Origin: Sphaerodactylus townsendi
Taxonomy: Eukaryota
Length of the DNA: 64,000 nt
Assembly (NCBI RefSeq): GCF_021028975.2
Contig: NC_059436.1
Location: 2,852,001-2,916,000 of the forward strand
Direction: 5' to 3'
The number at the start of each line of letters is the position of its first letter. The first letter of the stretch is position 1. The notes below the pieces were generated by a model. The model worked only from the letters and a program-made list of their open reading frames with translations, had not been told where the DNA came from and searched no databases. Both the position numbers and the translations under genes were made by a program. Positions 35,955-48,919 of this stretch are shown here, piece after piece.

Positions 35955-36185
35955 GAGCATAGGTGTACCTGTGTTGGATCATCATCAGAGCAACAGCCCA
36001 TCTGGTCTGGCATCCTGTCTGACACAGTGGGCAACCAGATATCCACGGAAGTCCTAGCAGCAGGGAGCAGAGGCCAAAGTTGTTGCTTCTCTGCACTGAT
36101 ATTCAGAGGTGTACTGCTGCTGAGCACCAAGGTTTCATTTAGGCATTACAGACAACAGCCATTGATGGACCTGCCCTCCATGAAC
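35955..36185 (-). mobile_element. CR1 3' UTR fragment
   Basis: 'cccatctggtctggcatcctgtctgacacagtgggcaaccag...cagccattgatggacctgccctccatgaa' resembles a reverse CR1 3' end. Confidence 0.75.
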
Positions 36186-36369
36186 AAGTATGTTTTCCTC
36201 TGTAGGACTGCCCTGGAAGAGGGGAATTCAGACTGCTACAACAATGGAGAAAGAGACACAATTCTCTTCTCCACTTACTTGACCTGAATATAAACTTTAG
36301 CCCTCTCTTTGCAAAGCTACCAATTTAGACATCAGTGTGGGATCCTTTCATGGATCTCCTGTCAGCTTT

Positions 36370-36505
36370 CAGTGGTGGGATTCAGCCGGTTTGCACCACT
36401 TTGGCAGAACCGGTTGTTGAAATGGTGCTTGTAAACAAGCAGTTGTTAAATTATTTGAATCCCACTACCGGAACCGGTTGTTAAATTATTTAAATCCCAC
36501 CACTG
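36370..36505. mobile_element. MITE with cagtggtgggatt TIRs and 5-bp TSD
   Basis: TIRs cagtggtgggatt / aatcccaccactg; gcttt at 36365-36369 and 36506-36510; the right end is internally duplicated. Confidence 0.8.
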
Positions 36506-38693
36506 GCTTTGGCTCTTAAAGAGGCATCCTCAAATCTTCTTGTGAAAAAAAGACAGAAGGGAACGATCTTAAACAAATAAGTAAAACTGTACTGCATTTG
36601 TGGAATAACCTTTACATAAACAGCCTCCCAAATCTGAGTTTTACTGATTATATTTTTAATGCATTGAACACCAGAATTAAAATGTACGTGTACCACACTT
36701 TCAATTGCACCGAATGCATTTTGCCATTTACATGGGGGTATATTTACAATTTCAGAATCTGGTTGGAGATTTGCTTCCCTGTGACTGAAGAATAGAGCAA
36801 CTCTAGCTGTCTCTGCCCTCTCCCCCAATAAACCTCCTTCCCCCAGGAAAAGAAACAGCTCCCGCGACAAACAGCATCTATGGGCAAAGCACAAAAACCA
36901 GGCACATGAAGTTTGGGGAAAGAAGGCACCAGCGAAAGCCAGGACTCCATTGGCACAACTGAAGTGAAGAGTTAACCCCAAATTCCTACGGAACTGCATC
37001 ACCGTTCAGGAAAGATTTAAATGATTTAAAAGTTTTATACAAGTTCCTCTGGAAGTTTATGGAGAACAAGATACTGCCATGGAATTTTCATGGAACTATT
37101 TGAATCAGAGGATAGAGTAAGGATGAGCGAATGTTCCTGAGTAATGAGCATTCCCCGTTTCATTTGTTTCTGTTTGCTTACTTTTGTCAACTGGTTCTCT
37201 TCTCCCGTTTCTGATTATAGTTTGGGGTTTACTGTAACATGTCCACACAATTTTTAAATATACAACGCAGTATTTATATGCACAATGAGCTTCAAGTTAA
37301 CATACAGTGCATGCACAATACTGATTTATTGATGGAATAATGTATACATTTTATGGGGAACATTCAAGAAACAGGAAATGGTGCAAAACAGAGAGCCTTA
37401 GGTTCTGTATACACAAAGGAAAATTGAAAGAGAACTTTCCAGTGATCACTTGAAAATCTTCTCTAGAATACAGCAGAACCTTCAAGCTAGCCTGTTTAGT
37501 CAATACAGAGACCACTAAAGAAGACCACGGGAGGCAGCATTTCTCCAAAATGGCCTTGAAAGATGTGGCACCTGCTGCCCGATTTCTGGCCACACTACAG
37601 CATCACCACTGCAGCAATCTAGACCTTGTGACTACAGCACCTAGTACAACACAACACAGCTCAGACCAGGAGCCAACAGGGTTCCACCTTGTTTGACAGT
37701 GCAAACTGTGACTCACAAAAGCTCACATTGAAATAAATGTTGGTAGTCTTTAAGGAGGTGCTGAACATTTATTTTATTTCGTAAAACTTCAGTCTTCCTC
37801 AGTTTGAGCCACTTCTTTCTCATGTACAAACAAGCAGCTTTCAGACCAAGTAAACTACAATAGGTATGTATTTCAGGAGTATGGGGAGTGTAACACCAGC
37901 GGAATAACATCAGTAACACCAGGAGAGGAACATCAGAAGAATAACATCAGTAATACCAGGAAAGGAACATAATTTGTGCCAGAAATGAAGGCACTACCTG
38001 AGACTGCAAGTACAAAAGTCTAAATGTTCCCTCATGCCAAAAACACAAATATCATGCACATAGAAAGTTAGAGGCCAGAAAGAAGGATTGTAGACTAGTT
38101 TGTTTTTTAGGTTCAAGATTGGGAGGGGGGGATGAGGGACCGTTTAGTTATTTGAGTCTCAAACTGACAGTCTGAAATTGTACACTCAGGGCAGAAGCTG
38201 TCTTGCTATGAACTAGGCCAGAAATGTGGCCAAAAGTATTCTACTATTGGGTAAGATTTAGCAGAGCACAGAGCAGCTACAAACCTGTGTAGGGAGTTGC
38301 CAACATGTGGTTTTTTTTCATGACAGAAACCAAATCTGCCTGTAGTAAGAGTGAATTCATAAGTTTCATTACCATGTTATACCATCCTTGATTTTCTCTG
38401 TATATGTGAGGAAACCTTCTGGCCCTACAAGGGGCATGGGTAGAAGAGGAAATTGTAATGAAATGGTAGATCCCGAGATGGATTATAAGAGATCTCTCAA
38501 AAACTCCTGATCCAAATAAATGCAAATAAATGTATGGTTTATCATGTGGTTTATAATGAGGCTGGTTCTGCCCTTTAGGGGGCAAGGCCATTTTTAATTT
38601 TCCTGGGAAATGCTTTTTTGCAATCACCTCTTCCATTGGACCTGAAGCTCTGGCACAACAAACATCTCTTAGATTTGCAGTAAGCTCAACTTT

Positions 38694-38822
38694 GGCAGAT
38701 TCCGCATGAGCCAAAAACAGCGGTGTGAGAACGGTGTAAAATGGTTTAAAACCATGTAAAAGGGTTTACACTGTTTTCACACCATTTTCACACCACTGTT
38801 TTTGGCCCATGCAGAATCTGCC
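38694..38822. mobile_element. PIF/Harbinger-like palindromic MITE
   Basis: TIRs ggcagattccgcatgagccaaaaacagcggtgtga / tcacaccactgtttttggcccatgcagaatctgcc, with TTT on both flanks. Confidence 0.85.
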
Positions 38823-39964
38823 TTTGTCTGACAATATACACATAGCTATATGTTCCCTTGCATCATTACACAGCAGTATCTCCAGCATGTTATTAGTAAT
38901 TACACATGCATGCATAGACTTATATGCACAGTGTGACATAGCATTCAGATGCTGTCATGATGCCAGAGAAACAAGATGCCTTATGTATCTATATAAGAAC
39001 GAATCCTAACTGAATCTATAGAAACTGGAGAGAAAGAACTGAATGAATGCTGTATTTTTAAGAAGTGAAAAGAAGGTATTCTAATCTACAGGAGTCCTGA
39101 AAAAACTGATACTGCATCTCTGCTTTTGCAGAGATGGTTTTGCAGAGATGCAGTGGATAAAAACAGGAAAATAGCTGAGGTGGGCACAGTGGATCTGTTG
39201 GTGGGAGGCTGCATCACTGGGGCATTCTGGGGTCATGGCCAGGGGCATTAGTCAGCTTCCACCCTGCTTTGCTGCTGGAAATGGCAGCACTTGCCTCTTG
39301 GACTTACACTACCTTTTGGGTGGCAAAAGTTCATGGGATCCCTATTGAGGGCTTTCCAGCATGGGGTTTTTTGTTTGCCTTTCTGGCTCCCCGAGCTGCT
39401 GGAAAGCCCACCAGGGAACGGTGGGGCAGCACAGCTGCAGCACTGCATCCAGGCACCTAGCCATTTGGATGGGGCTGCCCATCNNNNNNNNNNNNNNNNN
39501 NNNNNNNNNNNNNNNNNNNNNNNNNNNNNNNNNNNNNNNNNNNNNNNNNNNNNNNNNNNNNNNNNNNNNNNNNNNNNNNNNNNNNNNNNNNNNNNNNNNN
39601 NNNNNNNNNNNNNNNNNNNNNNNNNNNNNNNNNNNNNNNNNNNNNNNTTGGCTTAGTAGATCCATTCACACTAGGTCGTTATACAGCATTTAAACATATA
39701 GTGAATTTCATCTGTATATATAATATCGATTGAAGTACAATGTTGAAAAAATGTACATTGGGCAATTTAGAGGAGACTAAAGATGATGCAAAAATAAAGA
39801 ATCATGAGCCTATTTGCCCAAGGGAGAGGCAAAATTAAGATAGAAAAATTGGGGTCAAAACATCAAGGATGAGAAATTTGAAAGTTTCTTTAGCCCCATT
39901 CCATTAAGACTTTGTCGTCATGCCCTGGGCATGAATAACTTGAAAGCTCTGTAACTTATTAGTT

Positions 39965-40130
39965 GAACCCAGCAAAAAACAGAACTCAAACCACTGAATA
40001 CCTTTTATTAGGACCAATCGAATGACACATAACAGTGCATACTGGTCCTAATAAAAGGTTATATGTGGTTTGTGTTCTGGGTTCTGGTTTGTTTTAGTTT
40101 TATTTTTGGACCAACACAGCTGCCAGCAGC
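39965..40130. repeat. Inverted repeat, probably Penelope-terminal-repeat derived
   Basis: 'accttttattaggacca' ... 'tggtcctaataaaaggt' is a perfect 17-bp stem with further imperfect pairing outward. Confidence 0.45.
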
Positions 40131-40613
40131 TTCCTTCAACTTTTTAGCTTTCCTGACAAAGGCCCTGCCTTACTGTATCTGCAAATATTAAGGACTGACC
40201 TGATTGCTAATAGCAGCCATATTTTAATTTATCCAGTTCTATGGAAGATATTTATCCGGTTCTATGAATGATACTTGGAGAATGAGGAAACTGCATGATG
40301 CAGTTGAAATTTAGACAGGAAACAATTATAAACTTTCCTGCCTTTTGAATATTTATTGTTTGCAGTTTTTTGTGTGCATCTGTCAAATGTAAATGAGAAA
40401 GGTGCTTCAATTCATTTTCTTGTTAAGAAAGTGATATCAGATCTTCATCATGCTGGAGGATATTTCAAACAAAATGCACATTGGGCACTCCATAGCTTTT
40501 ATTCTGCTAGCATAAACTGAGGACTTCCCGCATCTTTTGTTATCTCTACTTCTGCCTTTAAGCTCGATCACTTAAGCTCGCTAAGGGTTACGTTACCTGG
40601 CCACTACCACAAC

Positions 40614-40642
40614 ACCTACCTACCTACCTACCTACCTACCTA
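40614..40642 (+). repeat. (CCTA)7 microsatellite
   Basis: Direct reading. Confidence 0.9.
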
Positions 40643-41928
40643 GATGTTATTTTCTTACAACTGCAGATGTAACAACTGCTACAATCCCAATACCTCCATT
40701 GTGATTATGTGTCTCCATATGCAAATCAAACTTGGGCTGCTTCATTCTCATATAGTTTTCTATTTCCTAGGACCAAACATTCCCTATAAGATGTACACAC
40801 TTTTCATTGTTATTTGTGTCTCAACAAGAACATCTTATTCTTGGATTCGGTGAAGTCTGAGTGCAAGGGTCCTCCTAAGAACATGAGAAATGAACTGCAG
40901 TCTCAAGCATCAGTGTTTTGGAGGCCTTAGAGGTTTTCTTGGGGAAGAGGGCGGGTGTTGGGGGAGAAAAATAACATTGTTTGCAAGCCCTGCAGCACTC
41001 TGACTTTATTAGTTCCAAATCACTGTGTGCATAGATATATTGTAAATATAAAATGCATGCAAAATATCCATGTGTACACCAATGTACATGAAGCTACAAA
41101 CCAAAATAAAAGGTGTAGATTCCAAAAGGCTATCAAAAAAGTCACATTTTATCCCACCCTTCCTCAGGATTATTCCTTTCTCATGCTATTCTCACCACAG
41201 CCCTGACCAGCATTCACACATTTCTGGATATTGTGCTATCACTGTGCTAAACCAATCATTCACATCTGGATCTTCTTGTCCACACAGGAAAACCCAGTTG
41301 TAAATGACTGCTTTGGAACAACAACATAACAATATCCAATGATTTGTGAATGCAGATTTGGTTTGCCCAGCTCAAGCTGGATGAGAGAGAGTTACTGGGC
41401 CAAGGTCACCCAATGAGTGCCACGGCAGAACAGAAATTTGAATCCATGTCTCCTAGAATCAAATTTCAACATTTCACCAACTAGCTCTCAACAAATATCA
41501 AAGGAAACAAAATAGCGGCCGATTATGTACAATGTGCTTGCTGTGTTAGGAGGATGAGTGCCCGTTGCAGCAAGATTTCTTGTATGGACCTATTTCCTGG
41601 AGCCCCGCTTTCAATTTTCATTTTCTCTATGGCTCTATTTGCCCCTTTCTTTGGCAGCGTGCAGTCCATGGAATTGCTTTCTCTTTCATTTTGGGGGGAT
41701 TATTTTTGGAACAGTAACATCGATAAAAGTGCAATTTAAAGGCCAACTCAGCTATTTAGACTACTGGGTATAGTGAGATCTGTGCCTTTAAGATCTGTGC
41801 CTTTAAGAATCACTTGATGTGGGGAGTTAAGAGAACCAGGCTAGAAAGTTCTCTACAGGAAAACTGCAGGCCCAAGAGAGTGCCTCCCTGCATGTAAACA
41901 GAAAAACATGAGGAGACCACTCTGCAAG

Positions 41929-42193
41929 CCCATTGCACACTGAAGAGCCCACGAGGAGCTCCAAGTTAAGCATTCTGTGCATAATGAGCAAGGGAATATT
42001 TGCTAATCCCTAGAAACAGCCAAGGATACTCAAATTATCTGGGGTTTGGGATGATGGTAAACCCACTGTGCACTGAAGAGTCCATGAGGAGCGCCAAGGT
42101 ATGCATTCTATGCATAATGGGTCAGGGAATATTTGCTAATCCCTAGAAACAGTAATGATACTCAAATTATCCGGGTTTTGGGGGTGATGGTAA
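41929..42193 (+). repeat. Diverged 133-bp tandem duplication
   Basis: Copies 41929-42061 and 42062-42193 share e.g. 'agggaatatttgctaatccctagaaacag' and 'gatactcaaattatc'. Confidence 0.92.
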
Positions 42194-42999
42194 TTTTATT
42201 CATGTGAGCCCCTCTGCATGATGCATTTACTTGGCATTTTAAAGATTCTCAAATGGGAAAAAGACTTGATTATATATCCAAAAAGCTCCCCCAAAAGACA
42301 GGATAATACATACACAGCACCAAGAATATGTTGCTGGTCTAAAAGAAAAGGTGTTTTGTTTTTGTTTTTGTCTATGCAAGAACAAATTTGGGGTAATTAT
42401 TTACTAGTTACACAGCACATATTTTACAATAATTATTGCTTGGTTTGGACAACAGCCTTCTCACTCATCCTCCCATTGGGGAAAAAACATGGAATGACAT
42501 GTGCAACCCAAATGGCCAAGGGGTTGGAATAAATTTCGTGCAAGTAAAAACTAACAAATTTTGGAGTTTTATGTTTAGATTAATAATAACAATAAATGAG
42601 TAAGGGCTAAAAAAAAGTGTGAAGGTGACAAGTTTCCTTCTGCCTGCCAATAAAGGGTAAATTGCACAAGTGTAGCTCAGATTTGGATTATAGCCTTGCA
42701 AGGAGGAGAGTTGGGATTTTAACCCTTAAATCCTCTCTCATTTTTGCTGATCAGAATCAGGCTTGTCATTAGTGTTTTAAACCTGGGGGTGGGGAACATG
42801 ACTTTTTAGAAGTCTTTTCTTTATTTAAAATATTTATAAAAATGCAGGGAGCCTGGTTTCAATTAGGAAAACCAAGCAGGGGTTGAAGGGTAAAACCGTT
42901 GGGGGTTGGATACAGGGATCATATCACCCTTATGCTGAAAGATCTGCACTGGCTGCCCATCTGTTTTCAGGCACAATTCAAAGCACTGGTTCCAGCGTG

Positions 43000-43140
43000 A
43001 GAGCCAGAATAGTATATTGGTTAAGAACGGTGGACTCTAATCTGGAGAACTGGGTTTGATTCCCCACTTCTCCACATGAGCAGCGGAATCTCATCTGGCA
43101 ACTGGATTTGTTTCCCCGCTCCTACATATGATGCCTGCGG
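43000..43140 (+). mobile_element. tRNA-derived SINE head with tandemly duplicated B-box segment
   Basis: 'ggactctaatctggagaactgggtttgattccccact' is followed by 'ggaatctcatctggcaactggatttgtttccccgct'. Confidence 0.7.
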
Positions 43141-43349
43141 GAGAAGACCCTCTTCTCAAGTCCTGATCTTTGTGTTTCCACTTTCAGAAGTGAGGCAGGC
43201 AGCCATCAGAGATGGAATTTTTCCAGTGGTGGCCCTTCACTCTTAGAATGCTGCACCCTGTGAAGTTCATCTGGTGGTTACAGTGCTGTCTTTTAGGGGC
43301 CAGGCTAAAACGTGCCTTTTTACCAAAGTTTTTACCCAAGCTTTTAAAG

Positions 43350-43753
43350 GGACGTAGGAGGTTAAGAGCTTGTGTATCTAATCTTGAGGAACCGGGTTTG
43401 ATTCCCAGCTCTGCCGCCTGAGCTGTGGAGGCTTGTCTGGGGAATTCAGATTAGCCTGTACACTCCCACACACGCCAGCTGGGTGACCTTGGGCTAGTCA
43501 CAGCTTTTCGGAGCTCTCTCAGCCCCACCTACCTCACAGGGTGTGAGGGGGGAAGGTTGTGAGGGGGGAAGGGCAAGGAGATTGTTTGTTGTGAGGGGGG
43601 AAGGGCAAGGAGATTGTAAGCCCCTTTGAATCTCCTACAGGAGAGAAAGGGGGGATATAAATCCAAACTCCTCCTCCTCCTCCTCCTCTTCTTCTTCTTC
43701 TTCTTCTTCTTCTTCTTCTTCTTCTTCTTCTTCTTCTTCTTCTTCTTCTTCTT
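43350..43753 (+). mobile_element. Young tRNA/CORE SINE with (CCT)n(CTT)n tail
   Basis: High identity to copies at 45179-45470 (minus) and 60281-60488. B box gggtttgattcc, CORE 'gggtgaccttgggctagtcac', long (CTT)n tail to 43753. Confidence 0.9.
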
Positions 43754-44537
43754 GTGTTTCATGACCTGCTTCTGGCCCTGAAACCATTTTATTTACATCA
43801 TTTTAGATTGCTTGATGTATATTTTTATGCCCTGGATTGCTTCAGTGGAGTTGGCTTGTTTTAGTAGCTTGCTTAATAGCTTTGTTTATAAAAATTGTGT
43901 TTTGTTTTATATTTACATTTTAGTCAAATATAGCTAGGCAGAGCATAATTGGCTGGAAATCACTTGCTGTGTGAGAACCCACAGAAAAATACTGAGTATC
44001 ATTTAAGAGGTTTGGAGTTAATAAAATGGAATCAACAACACTTGCTCCCCTACTAGTGAAATAAGTAAATTCACCTCATTTATCACCTTACGATTCAGTA
44101 GTACTAAACCTAAATTCCTAATCAACTGACAAGAAGCCTTCCCAAAATCCTTGGATCTCCTGGTCATATTATGTGATAGTTTGTACTGATATTGATATTG
44201 TAATTTATTGTATTTTTCCTCTTGTGCTATATTGTTTGCTATGTGCTGAAGCAATAAAGTTATTGATTGCTGGTTTTGTTTTATAGTTGTAAGTCACTTC
44301 AAGCAGGTCTCTGCAGAGGGGGCAGATACATTTTCTAAACAAATAAATATATTCCCCTCAAATCACAACTTCGGTTTTGTACAATTTACTTTTCACACAC
44401 TGACAGAGATCCATGATCTTTGTCATGTCTATTTTGGCCTTAAAGGGGGGGGTGTTAATAAAAGGTGTATAACATTATTCAGCTTGCCCCCCCCCCTTTC
44501 CTTTAAGTCTAACACGGGGGGGGGGGGTAAGGGAGAC

Positions 44538-44865
44538 AATGAATTGAACAAGCAGCAGTTTCAGGGTATGCAAAAGAAAGAACTTCACACAAAATGTAAT
44601 TAATGTATGCAGTCACTTCCAAAGATTTTAGCGATGGCTACTATTTTAGATAGCCTGAAAAGAGGATTAGACAAATTCATGGAAGGGAGTTCCATCAATG
44701 CCCAATAACTATTGTGGCATTCCATCTCTGAATACCAGTTACTGGAGGGCAACAGTAGGGAGCAGCTTGTAGGCTTTTTGTGGACATCTGTTTGGCCACT
44801 GTGGGAAATAAGCTGCTAGTCTAAGTGAACTTTTGGTTTGATCCAGTAGGGACCTCATGTTTTTT
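44538..44865 (+). mobile_element. CR1 3' end
   Basis: 'ttcacacaaaatgtaattaat...aaaagaggattagacaaattcatgga' (KRGLDKFM) plus 3' UTR 'ggccactgtggga...ggtttgatccagtagg'. Confidence 0.8.
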
Positions 44866-45178
44866 CTGATGCACAAGACCATCTGGCATATTCTGGCTGA
44901 TCAGAGATTTGGAAGAATTTACACTCTTCCCAGGGCAGCCGGGTCATACCTGATAACCAGAGGGAGCTTTGAGGGTATGGATATGGGGTGATGACATGTG
45001 CACCATGATGCCACTTCCATGGAAAACCGAGAAAATATATTCTAGCTCTAGGTATCACCAGAACATTCTAGGTATCACCAGAAACTCTATGGTGAAGAAT
45101 TCCTAGTGATTCCTAGAGCTACCCAATGTCATTTCTGGGATTTATGAGTGGTGGAGGGCAATGAAGGCCACTGTAGTG

Positions 45179-45470
45179 GAAGAAGAAGAGTTTGGATTTA
45201 TATCCCCCCTTTCTCTCCTGTAGGAGACTCAAAGGGGCTTACAATCTCCTTGCCCTTCCCCCCTCACAACAACCACCCTGTGAGGTGGGTGGGGCTGAGA
45301 GCGCTCCGAAAAGCTGTGACTAGCTCAAGGTAACCCAGCTGGCATGTGTGGGAGTGCACAGGCTAATCTGAATTCCCCAGATAAGCCTCCACAACTCAAG
45401 TGGCAGAGCTGGGAATCAAACCCGGTTCCTCCAGATCAGAGTGCACCTGCTTTTAGCCACTAAGCCACTG
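45179..45470 (-). mobile_element. Young tRNA/CORE SINE, near full length
   Basis: Reverse complement of the 43350 family, with a (GAA)n tail on the left. Confidence 0.9.
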
Positions 45471-45662
45471 ATGGAAACTCTACTTTCAGCACAAAATCAA
45501 TATGCTATCTTTTAGACCTCAGCGTTTACCTGAAGAAGTTAATCCACTAGATTAAGTTGAGGTTCAGATAATCCAGTCTTCTGTTTGTTACAGTGGCCAG
45601 CCAAACCCCTTTGTTTGCTCACAACTAGAGTGGTCGGTCTTTCTTGGTTTCCCCTCTTTACA

Positions 45663-45790
45663 GATAGCATGGTATAATGGTTGAAAGTGGCAGACTCTAA
45701 TCTGGAGAACTGAGTTTGATTCCCACTCCTCTACATCAAGCCTACTGGATGACCTTGGGCCAGTCACAATTCTCTCACATCTCTCTTAGG
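45663..45790 (+). mobile_element. Monomeric-head tRNA/CORE SINE fragment
   Basis: A-box-like 'tggtataatgg', a single 'actctaatctggagaactgagtttgattcc' block, then CORE 'gatgaccttgggccagtcac'. Confidence 0.7.
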
Positions 45791-48700
45791 GTAGGAGTTC
45801 CTACTATAGCAGGACATCTCACCCACTATATACATCGCTAGCATGAAGAAGGATTACATTTTGTAACTCCTCCGTAGTCTGAGTACAGGCGCAGGCTTAA
45901 TATTCCTGTGAAAATTAGGCCTCAAATATTTTCATTCGTGTACAGTGTCTGATATACTTTAGACATTTAAACTGGATAAGCATAATAATGGGCCATGACA
46001 CCCACAAAATCCAATTGTCTCTGCACTGAAGCCGAGCAACCCCCTACACGAGCTACACACACCCGGCGGTGGCCTCCAAGAGCCTTCTCGGTGGCACTGG
46101 GAGATTGGAAATGTCGAACAGCCTCCCTTCCCACTTTTATGGGCTGCAATGGACTCATGCCTGCCAAAAGGCTGGCTTAAGTTCTAACTATGGCCTGCCA
46201 GAATAATGCTAGCAAAGGCCAGGAGGGAGCTGATTACTGTTGGCTCCTCCCCTGGCCTGTCTCTGTTACGCCAAAGGTGGGGGTGCTGGGACACTGGTGC
46301 AGCAATCAGCACTGTATTCCAGTGCTGGAGGGGGAGTGGCATCCACATACTGACAGAATTGCCCCTCTGCTGGGGTAAGTGCCACGGGAGAGCAAATCTG
46401 CTGGAGCGGTTGCATCCCGCTCCCACAGGCAGATTCACAACCTACTCCAGATGGAGCTCTGAGTCACGCAACCCTAATGGGCAGAGGGAGACACCTCACA
46501 TCTGGAAGTCACTAATGGAGAGGACAGCCTTGAATAGCAACATGACTATGCACAACTGGCTTTTTTTTAGTGCAACTGAACATATGAAACATCTCAGACA
46601 TGCATACAACTTTTTGCGGACCAATTCTGAATCAAACTGGTAGATGATGAAACATTTTTACCTGGTTTGGCCAATCCAAAAACTTTGTCCTGCAATCACA
46701 GTGGCCATTATTGTAAATCTTTCCTTCCACTGAAGAGAACTCTGAGACTTCCCCAGAAAGTCGAGGATATCCCCGGAGTTCCCAGCTGAAGCCCTTGAGT
46801 CTGTATTACAGATTTAATACACCCTCCAACATTTCATAGCTGCAAATAAGGTCATGCTTGTAACGCCCCTATTTTCTTACAAACGATAATAAACCCTCTC
46901 CCACATCACTAAAAGCATTACTCCATCTGTTGTGGAATAAGGAAATAAAACATATAACAGCCTGGCCTGCATTGTTTTTAAAAGCCAAAAGAGTATTGGT
47001 TCTTGAGGCTAAAGATCTGCTATGAAAGGATAATTATCCTCCAATTTGATACCAACTGAGCTCAACTAGATGCAAAATGCGCAGGCTGCACTCCACATGA
47101 CTCCTTAGAGTTTATGTGGACATTTTACACACACAGGTATTACAGATGAGGCCAGCAGGAATTTTTGGAAAGTGAGAACTTACTGGTTTTGTTGTCACCA
47201 GTGTTAAGACATCAATATGGCAGAGTAATGCTCTAGCAGGCACCTTAAATTGTATTCTTTTACCGGAGTTTTGGGTGCATATTAGAGCATCACCCTGATG
47301 GAATGACTTCACTTCCAATTCACACCAAAAGTGACAGTGCAATACTAATGGGAAAATGCCAAACCCCCCTTTTCTTCCCTGCTAGTCAGTTGGACAGAGG
47401 CAAGGAAAGAAGGAGGGCTCAGAGAGGGCCAAGGGATTTCCTGCCTGGTCCCCTACCTGAAACACACGCATGCCCCGACTGAGAGATTTAACTTCTGGAA
47501 ACTTCTGGAAGGAGGAAATGACCTCTGAAGAATGGCCATTCTGGCAAGACCAGCAATAAAACTACAATAAATTCAAAAATCAGGAGAAAAAAGGGACAGA
47601 GCTTTACCATGGAGAGGGGCTGGAATATCGGGATTGTCCCTATTAAACTGGAACAGTTAGAGAACAGGACCGAAGCCGCTCCAAGCTGTTTGGAGGATGA
47701 GCAGAAGCGTTAGCCACATATATAAATAATAAAATGCAGATTCATGCCATAAAGCTGAGTGCGTCATTTTTCAGCCAGGATCACAAAACAGCAGGGTCCC
47801 TGTAAGCGCACCTCCACTTACATGGCTTACATGGCTCTTCTAGACTGGAGGGGAAAAAAAGTTCCATCCCGACCCTCACTCCCCCTTTTTTGCTTTCTAC
47901 ATCTGTACTTTATTCAATGAACACATCTGCATTCTTTCTTTCTGTTTTCAGCCAGAAACTCTATCCAACCCTTATCACTGACACCTCTCTGCAGTTTCAA
48001 ATTCCGACCTTGTGCCAAATCCCCATTTCCTGCTGCTTAATTTCCATTCATTTACTCTTGTTTTTGCTTCTACTGCCATTCCCAGCATGGGCCAGCTCCA
48101 ACCCAGCTTCTTCTAATTTTTTAAGGAAGGCTCCCTATTGAGTGCTATTGGAATCTGATCCTCTGCTCCACGCCAATGGCAGGCTATTGTTTATACTACC
48201 TAACAACAGTTGCCAATATTATGGCTTTTTTCCTGCTCTTTGTTTCACTCTTTAAGTGTATACGCGAAGGCCCAAGAGGACGGTTCTCCACATATGGTGA
48301 CCCATTAGGTCTGGCTTTATTATTACTTCTGCAGAATCTGAAGTAGCCCCTTTATAAAATATTTTTTTTAAAAAAAAATAGAACAAAAGTCTGAGGAGTC
48401 TTTTTCTGGCTTGCATCTCTTCCTTTTCACTCAGTGGATTAAAAATAGAGGTCTGAAGCCTTAAACGTCTTTTCAGTGGCCCAATAAAAGGTCTTCCCCA
48501 TGGAAAGGAAACCCCAAAGCAAAGGCTTTTTAAAATGTGTGTTGCATCTGTAAAGGCTGAATTGAGTAGGGGTATCTCATAAGAAAGCCTCCCCACCTTT
48601 AACATGCAATGTTTGGACTGTTTGTAACAGTTTGAACAGTTCCTCACCCACCTCGTGAAGAAAATTACATCAAGGGGTCAATGTAACTGCCCTACTGAAC

Positions 48701-48919
48701 ATGAAACACTGAAAAGGTAAAGAAAAAAAATGGCTACCCAGCAGTTTTGTTCCAAGAAGGCTTTAATTTCTAAAGCCTGGAACAGCCTGTGGCTGGGGGT
48801 TAGATAACAGCAGGATCACACAAGTTACAGAAAAAGACTCAGGGGCTGGATCTAACCTGGCTCTAACCTTCCTTGATCTACCCTTGTTTATATTGTCCCA
48901 AGTTAGTGTAGTGACTGAG

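Larger units (their letters stand above)
42910..44350 (+). mobile_element. Fragmented L2 LINE 3' portion hosting two SINEs
   Basis: RDHITLMLKDLHWLPICFQAQFKAL (~42912-42990) matches the L2 HITP.L..LHWLP motif. A decayed C-terminus follows at ~43140-43335 and a 3' stem-loop plus aaataaata at ~44285-44350. Confidence 0.75.

Noticed and set aside
43529-43762. Poly-Lys/Arg ORF (also poly-VC/HT ORFs at 60492-61014)
   Set aside because: Translations of (CTT)n and (GT)n microsatellites.
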